From Micromonosporaceae bacterium (GTDB lineage: Bacteria; Actinomycetota; Actinomycetes; Mycobacteriales; Micromonosporaceae), in contig JAHRHA010000013.1 of NCBI GenBank assembly GCA_020027875.1, forward strand, positions 1,885-65,884: a DNA stretch of 64,000 nucleotides, given 5' to 3'. A program made the position numbers and the translations under genes. A model generated the notes under the pieces. The model saw nothing but the letters and a program-made list of their open reading frames with translations. It was not told where the DNA came from and searched no databases. Shown in pieces: positions 9,438 to 17,376 of this stretch. How positions within the stretch are numbered: the stretch's first letter is position 1; the number at the start of each line of letters is the position of its first letter.

Positions 9438-10679
9438 TTAGAGCGGTTCCCACGTGGGGCGCAGCGGCATGTCGGACCGACCGTCGGGGTGCGGCTTTGC
9501 TCCCAGGACCTGGTGGAGCTGGATCTGGTTCTGATCGAAGGCCAGGCTCACCCCAGCCAGGTAGAGGCGCCAGACCCGGGCGGTACCGACGCCGACCTCG
9601 GCCACCGCTTCGTCCCAGTGCGCGTCCAGGTTCGCGGACCAGGCGGCGGTCGTCAGCGCGTAGTGCTCCCGCAGGTTCTCCTCGTGGCGCACCTCGAAGC
9701 CGATGTCGTGCATGACCGACGCCAAGCGCCCCACGCCGGTCAGCTCGCCGTCGGGGAACACATAGCGGCTGATGAACCAGCCCCGGCGGATCGCCTCGTT
9801 GTTGTTGGGCAGCGTGATGCAGTGGTTGAGCAGCCGCCCGCCCGGGCGCAGCCGGTCGTAGAGGAACCGGAAGTACCGCGGCAGGTTGGCGATGCCGATG
9901 TGCTCGGTGAGGCCGATCGAGCTGACCGCGTCGAAGTCCATCTCACCGACGTCGCGGTAGTCGAGGTGGCGCACCTCGGCGAGCTCGCTCAGCCCGGCCT
10001 CGGCGATCGCCTTCTGGGCCCACTCGGCCTGCCGCCGCGACAGGGTTACCCCCAGCGCCCGAACGCCGTACTCCCGGGCCGCGTGCACGACCATGCCGCC
10101 CCAGCCACAGCCCACATCGAGCAGGCGCATGCCGGGTTGTAGCGCCAGCTTGCGAGCGACGAGGTCGTGCTTGGCGAACTGGGCCTCCTCGAGGGTGGCG
10201 GTAGCGCTCGGGTACACCGCACAGGTGTAGGCCATGGACGGTCCGAGGATCCATTCGTAGAACCGGTTGGAGACGTCGTAGTGGTGGCTGATGGCCCGCT
10301 GGTCGCGTGCCTTGGAATGGCGCCGCCCCTGTAGCCGCACCTCCTGAGCCGGCCGCGGCTGCGGCCGCAGCAGGCGCACTCCACCCAGGTCGCGGAGCAG
10401 TCGAATACGCCTTGCCAGCGGCAGCTCCAGGTCTAGCCTCGCCAGGTGCGCGAGCGCCTTGGAGAGGTCACCATCGACGTCGAGGTCGCCGGTGACATAG
10501 GCGCGCGCCAGGCCCAGGTCTCCCCGCGCGGTGGCCAGATAGGACAGGGCCCGCGGCGACCGGATATCGATGCTGACGGGGGCGTTGGGTGGCCCAGCGC
10601 TGCTCCCGTCGAACACCCGCACCCGCACCCCGCCCGTGCCACCACCGATGACGCGTTCGATCGCTTCGGCACGTCCCAC
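9438..10679 (-). CDS. cyclopropane-fatty-acyl-phospholipid synthase family SAM methyltransferase (BfaB/UfaA1-like)
   Basis: 'LLDVGCGWGGMVVHAAREYGVRALGVTLSRRQ' SAM motif plus a CFA-synthase-like N- and C-terminus. Confidence 0.9.
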   Translation of the reverse strand: MGRAEAIERVIGGGTGGVRVRVFDGSSAGPPNAPVSIDIRSPRALSYLATARGDLGLARAYVTGDLDVDGDLSKALAHLARLDLELPLARRIRLLRDLGGVRLLRPQPRPAQEVRLQGRRHSKARDQRAISHHYDVSNRFYEWILGPSMAYTCAVYPSATATLEEAQFAKHDLVARKLALQPGMRLLDVGCGWGGMVVHAAREYGVRALGVTLSRRQAEWAQKAIAEAGLSELAEVRHLDYRDVGEMDFDAVSSIGLTEHIGIANLPRYFRFLYDRLRPGGRLLNHCITLPNNNEAIRRGWFISRYVFPDGELTGVGRLASVMHDIGFEVRHEENLREHYALTTAAWSANLDAHWDEAVAEVGVGTARVWRLYLAGVSLAFDQNQIQLHQVLGAKPHPDGRSDMPLRPTWEPL

Positions 10680-10694
10680 GTCTACTCCTTCAGC

Positions 10695-12122
10695 TCAGCT
10701 ACTGACTTTGTCGTAGAGGTCCGGCAGCCGCCCGTCGGGATCGTAGGTCCGCTTGACGGCGTCGTACGCCGCGCCGTTGTAGCGCTGCCAGAATTCCTCG
10801 GCCGGATAGTGCACAGTGGAGTACAGCGATTTGTGCCCTCCCAGTGCGCTGACCGCGTCCTCGATCAGTCTATTGTGGAACCCGTCGGGCTGTCCTGGCG
10901 GCAGCGGCACGCTCGACCAGAACCCCACGTTGACGTAGAGATCGTCCGGCTCCAGCGGGTACAGCGGCCAGGGACGCGGTGCCCGCAACCGCATTGGACA
11001 CAGCCACACCGGCGTGATGCCGACGTCGCGGTGGAACAACTCGAGGAACTTGGCCGTGTGCGCCACCGGTATCTCGACGTCCTGGACCACCGCCTCCTCC
11101 TGCGGCATCCCGCGCATCCGCGCCACCGACGCGGTGAGCTGGTGCCGGCGGTCGAAGGCCACCAGGCGCCGGTATACGTCGGACCGCCGGTACCGGCGCG
11201 GCCACAGCCGGCGTACCCATGGCCGCTGCACGCCGAACGCGCGCGAACACCAGAACCAGTCGGTGTCCCATCGCCACAGATAGTCCCGCACGGTCAGGTA
11301 GTCGACGTCGCGCTGCTGGATGGACCGGTAGTACACCGCCATCCCGGTGTAGTCGCTGACCGAGGGCGCCTCGTCGACGAACGTGCCGAGGGTGAGGTAC
11401 AGCTCGTCCGCGCCGAAGACCGTACCGTCGACGAAGTCCACCGGCTCGTTGTCGTATGCGGCGTCAGCACACACCGTGGCCATCGTCGTGAGGCACGCGT
11501 CCGCCGTGCCGAACCGTAGGTGCCGGAGCCGGACGAAGGGTCGGACCGGCTCCAGGTCGATCGCCAGCCGCAGCGCATAGCCGAGGGTGCCGTACGAGTT
11601 GGGAAAGCCAGCGAACAAGTCGGCGTGATCATTGTCGGGCCGGGCCAGGATAACCCGTCCATCGCCGGTGAGGATCTCCATCTCGTGGACCGACTCGTGC
11701 GGCAGCCCGTTTCGGAACGAGGACGACTCGATGCCGAGCCCGGCGACCGCGCCGCCCAATGTGATGGTCTTCAGCTGAGGCACAACCAGCGGCATCAGAC
11801 CGTGTGCCAGGGTCGCGTCTACGAGTCGCTCGTAGGTCACCATTCCCTGCACGTCCGCGGTCCGCGTCTGCGGATCCACGGCGAGCACCTGGTCGAACCC
11901 GCTCACGTCCAGTCCAGGCTCACGGCCCGACACCCTTGGGCTGCCCGACTCCCTGAAACGGAATAGGTTCGATGTCCGCTTCGCCAGCCGCACGGGCTCG
12001 CCGGCGGGCACAGCGGCATAAGCCGCCCGCAGCCCGTCCACCGCGTGCGCGTGCGCTACGTACCGTGGCCCCACACTGGCACGGTACATCCGGTGGCTGG
12101 TCGACGCGTCTTCAGGGGACAA
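10695..12122 (-). CDS. FAD-binding oxidoreductase (BfaA / Rv0449c-like)
   Basis: 'VVPQLKTITLGGAVAGLGIESSSFRNGLPHESV' and 'DYLWRWDTDWFWCSRAFG' recall the oxidoreductase partnered with UfaA1. Start is TTG 12122 or ATG 12089. Confidence 0.9.
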   Translation of the reverse strand: MSPEDASTSHRMYRASVGPRYVAHAHAVDGLRAAYAAVPAGEPVRLAKRTSNLFRFRESGSPRVSGREPGLDVSGFDQVLAVDPQTRTADVQGMVTYERLVDATLAHGLMPLVVPQLKTITLGGAVAGLGIESSSFRNGLPHESVHEMEILTGDGRVILARPDNDHADLFAGFPNSYGTLGYALRLAIDLEPVRPFVRLRHLRFGTADACLTTMATVCADAAYDNEPVDFVDGTVFGADELYLTLGTFVDEAPSVSDYTGMAVYYRSIQQRDVDYLTVRDYLWRWDTDWFWCSRAFGVQRPWVRRLWPRRYRRSDVYRRLVAFDRRHQLTASVARMRGMPQEEAVVQDVEIPVAHTAKFLELFHRDVGITPVWLCPMRLRAPRPWPLYPLEPDDLYVNVGFWSSVPLPPGQPDGFHNRLIEDAVSALGGHKSLYSTVHYPAEEFWQRYNGAAYDAVKRTYDPDGRLPDLYDKVSS

Positions 12123-12140
12123 GCCACCCCTTCATGGGAC

Positions 12141-12368
12141 TTATCCCTCAGCCTCGAGCTTCCTCTGCCTGGCGTAGCGAAGGTAGTGGCGCGGCGAGAG
12201 GCTCGCCGGGTCGCCGCGCTCGAACGCCACCTTGGCGGGCGGGATGTTCACGGCGGCCATCTTCCGATAGAGATCCTCCGTCAGGTGGCCGGTGTCGGCC
12301 GCCTCCATGAACGCCCGGCGGTCGGCGGGGTCGAGGCTTTCGAACCATTGCTCGGGGGAGGGTTGCAT
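12141..12368 (-). CDS. hypothetical small protein
   Basis: 75-aa ORF with balanced composition. Sits in tandem just upstream of the FAD oxidoreductase gene. No recognisable motif. Confidence 0.45.
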   Translation of the reverse strand: MQPSPEQWFESLDPADRRAFMEAADTGHLTEDLYRKMAAVNIPPAKVAFERGDPASLSPRHYLRYARQRKLEAEG

Positions 12369-12424
12369 ACCTGCACGTTACTTGGCCTTTTCGCGTTGTT
12401 ACACAGCCGGTCGTCGGAATCTCA

Positions 12425-12649
12425 TCACAGGACCGCGCCGCGCGGGGCGACCTCAAGGGCGGCAACGCCCCGTCCGTAGAGCACGATGAGCCGGTCACCA
12501 TGCTTGCTGCGGAGCACACCGGAATCCTGCGCGAGCGTCGAAACAGCGTGCTCGATGACCTCGTCCTCGTCGACTTCGTCGGGTTCCTCGTACGTGATGT
12601 CCATGCGGTCGCCGCCGGTGAGCCGGACGCGCAACACAATCTTTGCCAT
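12425..12649 (-). CDS. hypothetical small acidic protein
   Basis: 74-aa ORF 'MAKIVLRVRLTGGDRMDITYEEPDEVDEDEV...' with non-repetitive composition and an ATG start. Confidence 0.5.
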   Translation of the reverse strand: MAKIVLRVRLTGGDRMDITYEEPDEVDEDEVIEHAVSTLAQDSGVLRSKHGDRLIVLYGRGVAALEVAPRGAVL

Positions 12650-12688
12650 GGCCTCGAACCTAACGCGCCGGACGACTCGTGGTCGCGC

Positions 12689-13306
12689 TCAGTCGAAGAT
12701 CGGTGCGCGGGTTCGGATCCGTTTGAGTTCGAAGAACCCGTCCGTGCCGGCGGCGAGCGCGACCGCGTCCCATAGCCGGCCGGCCGCCTCATTGCGTGGG
12801 TGCGGCGTCACCACCGGCCCGAAGAAGGCCACAAGCTCGCCCGCCGCTCCCCGAAGGTGGATGACCGGAGTTCCGACCTCGCCGCCGACCGGGTCCATTC
12901 CGGCATGGTGGCTGACCCGCACGGCCTCGTCGTAGAACGTCGTCTCCGCGGCGTTCGCCAGCGTGTGCGGCAGGCCCGACCGGGTCAGTGCCAGCGCGAA
13001 AAGATCCCGGTTGATTGGGGCCCGTTCTTTGTGGATCAGAGTGCCGAGCGCGGTGTACAGGTCTCGCACGGCCTTGCCGCCGTGGGAGAGGTCAGTCGCG
13101 ATCGCTACCCGCACCGGACCCCAGCCGTCTCTTGTCTGCCGCTCACTCGGCTCGGACCGACCGGCACGAGCTTCGGCGAGGAGCGCCAGGCTCATGACGT
13201 GAAAGCGCACCTGAACGTCGCGGACCTGTTCGACCTCGAGCAGCCATCGAGACGTCAGCCATGCCCACGGGCAAAGCGGGTCAAACCACATCTCGGCGGT
13301 TGCCAC
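12689..13306 (-). CDS. DsbA-like thioredoxin-fold protein
   Basis: N-terminal 'WFDPLCPWAWL' motif, characteristic of actinobacterial DsbA/HCCA-isomerase-like proteins. 205 aa. Confidence 0.8.
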   Translation of the reverse strand: MATAEMWFDPLCPWAWLTSRWLLEVEQVRDVQVRFHVMSLALLAEARAGRSEPSERQTRDGWGPVRVAIATDLSHGGKAVRDLYTALGTLIHKERAPINRDLFALALTRSGLPHTLANAAETTFYDEAVRVSHHAGMDPVGGEVGTPVIHLRGAAGELVAFFGPVVTPHPRNEAAGRLWDAVALAAGTDGFFELKRIRTRAPIFD

Positions 13307-13578
13307 GGCACGGTCACCTCGTCCGTTCGGGAGTGTTGCTCACCTTAGGAGACTGATGTCGCCGGGTCTACTTAGCTCCCGTTGAGTGTCCTCATTGGAT
13401 GGCCGGGCGTGAACATATCTGAGCGCCACAAGGGATCCGAACGTGTGCCACCAACACGAGTCCATGGCCGGGGTGGCTCCGATCACCACGCCCTGTGCTT
13501 GCGGACTCGTGTTGCCCAGGTTCAACCGCAGTCATAGCGTATCGGCAGATCGGTCCAATTCAACAGGGAGGGATCGTG

Positions 13579-15366
13579 ATGTACCGAAGTCCGCAACAGC
13601 GGTTCCGGAAACTACGACTGTTGGGTATCGGCGTTCTCGTCGTGGGTGTTCTGGCTCCGATCGGGCCAGCACAAGCCAGCCCTACCCAAACGCAGGCAAA
13701 GCCCACCTTCACCCAAGCGGCCGCGTTCGACACGTCCAAGCCCCTACACGAACTCGTCAACGCCGCCAAGACCGCCACGGCCACCGGGGCGGCGTCGGCG
13801 GCGGTCAAGGAAGTGCGTCCCGACCGAGCGCCGGCAGCAGCGCAACTCCGCTCCTCGGGCGCGGCAGCCGTGAAGTCCGGCGACACAGCCGTCCAGACTG
13901 CCGTAGCGCAAGCAGCTATCCCCGCCCCGCTGGCCAACTTCGAGGGGCTCAGCAACCAGGACAACTTCAACGTCTTCGGGTTCCGTGTCAACCCGCCCGA
14001 CCCAAATGGCGAGGTGGGCCCGAACCACTACGTCGAGATGATCAATCTCGTCTTCGGCGTATACTCCAAGACCGGCACTCTCCTCCTCGGGCCGGTCGAC
14101 ACAGGCACGCTCTGGTCGGGCTTCCCGATCGACGAGTGCACCGAACCCTCGGGCGACCCGATCGTCATTTACGACCAGTTCGCCGACCGGTGGATCCTCA
14201 CCCAGTTCACGACCCGCGGCATCGACTTCCCCAACGAGCCGCTGAACCCGTTCTACAACTGCGTCGCCATCTCGACGACGGGCGACCCGACGGGCTCCTA
14301 CTTCCGATACGCCTTCACCACCGGATTCAACTTCCCCGACTATCCGAAGTACGGCGTATGGCGCGACTCGTACCTGATCACCACCCGGGAGTTCGGGATC
14401 CTCGACCCGTCGATCTATGCCATCGGTGTCTACGGGCTCGAGCGCAACAAGATGATCGAGGGCGACCCGAACGCCCGCGCGGTGAGCTTCCTTCTTCAAG
14501 AGGGCCCAGTGCCGCTTAACCTGATCGGTGATGGGCTGCTTCCGCCGGACGTCGACGGCAAGACGAAACCGAAGAACGACGTACCCGCGCCGATCATCGG
14601 CACGCAGGACGACAACGGGGTATACGGTGCGGCCTTTGACGCACTAAACATCTGGGAGTTCGACGTCAAGTGGCATTCAACGCCAACGGCATCAATCGTC
14701 CTGAAGACGCAACTACCGGTCGCAGGGTTCGACTCGATCTTCCCCTGCGGCGTAGTCCCTGGTTCGCTTCCTCCGAGCGCCCGGGATTGTCTGCCGCAGC
14801 CGGGAATCACCAACGGGAGCCAATTCCTCGACATCCTCTCGTACCGACAGCGGCCGATTTGGCGGCTCGCGTACCGCAACACTGGCGACTACGAGACGAT
14901 GGTCACCAACCAGTCGGTCGAGGCGCTCCCCGGCCTCGGCGGCACACGGTGGTACGAGATCCGGCGTACCAACGGGGTCTACAGCGTCCACCAGCAGGGC
15001 ACCTACGCACCCAACGACGGCATCCATCGCTGGATGGGCAGCATAGCCATGGACAAGAACGGCAACGCAGCCCTAGGTTTCAGCGTCGTCAACGCCACGG
15101 ACGTCTTCCCGAGCATCCGATACACCGGCCGACTCGCCGGTGACCCGCTCGGCCAGATGACGCTCAGCGAGGGAGTGATCATCAACGGCACCGGGGTGCA
15201 GAGAACGACGAACTCACGCTGGGGCGACTACACGGCCATGACCGTAGACCCCACCGACGACTGCACGTTCTGGTACGTCAACGAGTACTACACGGCGGCG
15301 GGCCAAGCCTCGTCGACGGCCGGCTGGCAGACGCGGATTGCCAGCTTCCGGCTGCCAGGGTGCTGA
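13579..15366 (+). CDS. secreted hypothetical protein (possible propeller fold)
   Basis: ATG at 13579 after GGGAGGG. Signal peptide 'LLGIGVLVVGVLAPIGPAQA'. C-terminal 'NSRWGDYTAMTVDP' resembles the GDY motif near the ends of the two BNR proteins. Confidence 0.8.
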   Translation: MYRSPQQRFRKLRLLGIGVLVVGVLAPIGPAQASPTQTQAKPTFTQAAAFDTSKPLHELVNAAKTATATGAASAAVKEVRPDRAPAAAQLRSSGAAAVKSGDTAVQTAVAQAAIPAPLANFEGLSNQDNFNVFGFRVNPPDPNGEVGPNHYVEMINLVFGVYSKTGTLLLGPVDTGTLWSGFPIDECTEPSGDPIVIYDQFADRWILTQFTTRGIDFPNEPLNPFYNCVAISTTGDPTGSYFRYAFTTGFNFPDYPKYGVWRDSYLITTREFGILDPSIYAIGVYGLERNKMIEGDPNARAVSFLLQEGPVPLNLIGDGLLPPDVDGKTKPKNDVPAPIIGTQDDNGVYGAAFDALNIWEFDVKWHSTPTASIVLKTQLPVAGFDSIFPCGVVPGSLPPSARDCLPQPGITNGSQFLDILSYRQRPIWRLAYRNTGDYETMVTNQSVEALPGLGGTRWYEIRRTNGVYSVHQQGTYAPNDGIHRWMGSIAMDKNGNAALGFSVVNATDVFPSIRYTGRLAGDPLGQMTLSEGVIINGTGVQRTTNSRWGDYTAMTVDPTDDCTFWYVNEYYTAAGQASSTAGWQTRIASFRLPGC

Positions 15367-15443
15367 TCAGGTAAGGACCGGCACCACATCGGGGTCGGCG
15401 CGAGAGTCCTCGCGTCGACCCCACAAAGGTTTGGTCGTTTGAG

Positions 15444-15923
15444 ATGCGTCTGACAAGGCTGCTGGCGGCCCTCGCGGTTGTCGTGATGATGCTGGCCGGC
15501 TGTTCGGTCGGTGTGCCAGCCCCAGCGCCGTCGGCGGCGACGGCGTCGCAGTCGCGCTCGCCAGCCGAGTCATCACCACTGGGCGCACAGTCGTCCACGC
15601 CTGGGTCGGCCGCGACGGGCGAGTCCGGCATCGAGGGTCGCACGATGGTCGACGGTGGCTGCCCGGTGTACTCCGATGCATCCCCGTGCCCTGCGAAGCC
15701 GATCGCTGCGCATCTCACCGCCAGTGCCGCCGGACATGTGGTCGGGCGCGGAACCAGTGACGGGGACGGTCGCTTCCGCATCTCGCTGCCGCCCGGCAGC
15801 TATGTGCTGCAAGCTGTCAACCTGTCCGGCGGACTGTTCCCACGAAGTGCGCCGGTGAATGTGACGGTGCGTTCCGGCCGCTACACCGCCGTCACCGTTT
15901 CGTTCGACTCCGGCATCCAATGA
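15444..15923 (+). CDS. lipoprotein with carboxypeptidase-regulatory-like (prealbumin-fold) segment
   Basis: Lipobox 'MMLAGC'. 'GTSDGDGRFRISLPPGSYVL' is typical of CarboxypepD_reg-like domains. Confidence 0.75.
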   Translation: MRLTRLLAALAVVVMMLAGCSVGVPAPAPSAATASQSRSPAESSPLGAQSSTPGSAATGESGIEGRTMVDGGCPVYSDASPCPAKPIAAHLTASAAGHVVGRGTSDGDGRFRISLPPGSYVLQAVNLSGGLFPRSAPVNVTVRSGRYTAVTVSFDSGIQ

Positions 15924-15939
15924 GGAGCACGGGATCGGG

Positions 15940-16194
15940 ATGAATGTGAGCCCATCCGGACTCCAGCTCTCTGTGGGCTCGACAACCCAGGCGACCCCTT
16001 CTACCCGTACCGTCATCCAGGGCTCGACCATCACAGTGAGCGCACCCGCGCCGCAGAGGCTGAAGGGCAAGTGGTACTACTTCACGAGCTGGTCGGACGG
16101 CGGAGCACAGATCCACGTCGTGATCGCGCCAGCCGTGCCGACGACTTACACGGCCACCTACGTCCGCGGGCCTCGTCCACCATCGGTGCTATAG
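15940..16194 (+). CDS. stand-alone 'F..WSDGG' beta-repeat domain ORF (possible gene fragment)
   Basis: 84 aa with no signal peptide. 'YYFTSWSDGGAQIHVVIAPAVPTTYTATY' resembles repeat modules found at the ends of secreted actinobacterial proteins. Confidence 0.35.
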   Translation: MNVSPSGLQLSVGSTTQATPSTRTVIQGSTITVSAPAPQRLKGKWYYFTSWSDGGAQIHVVIAPAVPTTYTATYVRGPRPPSVL

Positions 16195-16322
16195 CACCGA
16201 AGACGGGGATGAGGGAGCATGCGCGCCAGCTGAACCTTGCCGATCAACGTCTCTCTCGTTTGCCCGTGACTGGCTCCGTTTACCCGATGGGCGCTCCTGG
16301 CTTGGAGTGCTATCCGTGAACT

Positions 16323-16802
16323 GTGCAACCCGAGCCGGTTCGGCCGAAGCGGCGGTGGGCGTGGGCGATTCTCGCGGTGGTGCTCGTCGCTGCGCTCGGC
16401 GGTTTGGCGACCTGTGCGCTGCTGGCGAGGGAGCCGGCGCCCGAACGTCCATCGATCGTCGGGGAGTGGCGGGGCACCTGGCGGGTGGAGCGGACGGGGG
16501 ATGACACGTACACCGGCATCGGTCTCAGCGACGCGATCGAGCCCGACTCCGGGTGTCCGTACCGTGCCGGCGAGACCGAGTGGCGGGTCACGGGCAAGGC
16601 CCCCCAGTATGGGGGCGAAGAGCGATGGGTCAGAGGTGCCGGCGGCCAGAACTGCGAGTACACCTGGTCCAAGGCCACCTTCACACTGCTCGACGAGGGC
16701 AACACGGTCGAGGTCTGTTCGACCGATCCGTGGAACCGCGGCGAACGGCTGTGCCGGAAGCTCCCGCGTACCGGGACGTCCCCTGTGGGCAGCTCGCACT
16801 AG
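16323..16802 (+). CDS. membrane-anchored hypothetical protein
   Basis: GTG start, N-terminal TM 'WAWAILAVVLVAALGGLATCALLA', Cys-containing extracytoplasmic part. Confidence 0.5.
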   Translation: MQPEPVRPKRRWAWAILAVVLVAALGGLATCALLAREPAPERPSIVGEWRGTWRVERTGDDTYTGIGLSDAIEPDSGCPYRAGETEWRVTGKAPQYGGEERWVRGAGGQNCEYTWSKATFTLLDEGNTVEVCSTDPWNRGERLCRKLPRTGTSPVGSSH

Positions 16803-17256
16803 CCGATATCGAGAACGTGCGGGCCGTAGGGTGGCTGGTTCACGTCCTTCTTGGTCCTGGGGGATGTCGTGAGCGCTGAATTGATGCCGTTAGGGCGACT
16901 ACACCGAGCTATCAGCATCGCCGCCGCCCGCGCCACCGGGAGGATGAGCCCGCGGGACAGTGTCGGAGCGCGCTGGTTAGTCAGGCCGTGCAACCCCAGG
17001 GACGGCGGGGCCGTAAGCGCAACGCCGTCCCTGGGCCGCCGGGAGGGGGTGGGGTTCCGGCGGGCAGCAGGCCAACCATCCTGGGACGGCTAGCCGTGAT
17101 CGGAGCACTGTATTCGTCACCGTCGGTCGAGTCGATCTCAAACTCGACCACGGATTGCATTCAATAGAGCGCCGAGAAGGGTCTCGGCGTTACTCCGTGC
17201 CGGTCAGACCTGGCCGATTGAGCATGGTCTCTGGGCCGAACCCATTGCCGGATCGG

Positions 17257-17300
17257 TTGACATCTGATAGTAAGTCTGACTAACAATAGTCTGACTTACA
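17257..17300 (+). promoter_or_regulatory. candidate promoter (TTGACA) overlapped by a 30-bp dyad operator upstream of the GH9 gene
   Basis: TTGACA at 17257..17262. Two AGTCTGACT palindromic cores at 17273..17281 and 17288..17296 lie inside an imperfect dyad GTAAGTCnGACTA/TAGTCnGACTTAC (17270..17299). Confidence 0.35.
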
Positions 17301-17376
17301 GGTAGAGCCCCGGCGACTCGACCGTTTCGCCGCGTCGCCCCGGCCTCCATCCACCCCGGCTAGGAGGTCCACCGCC

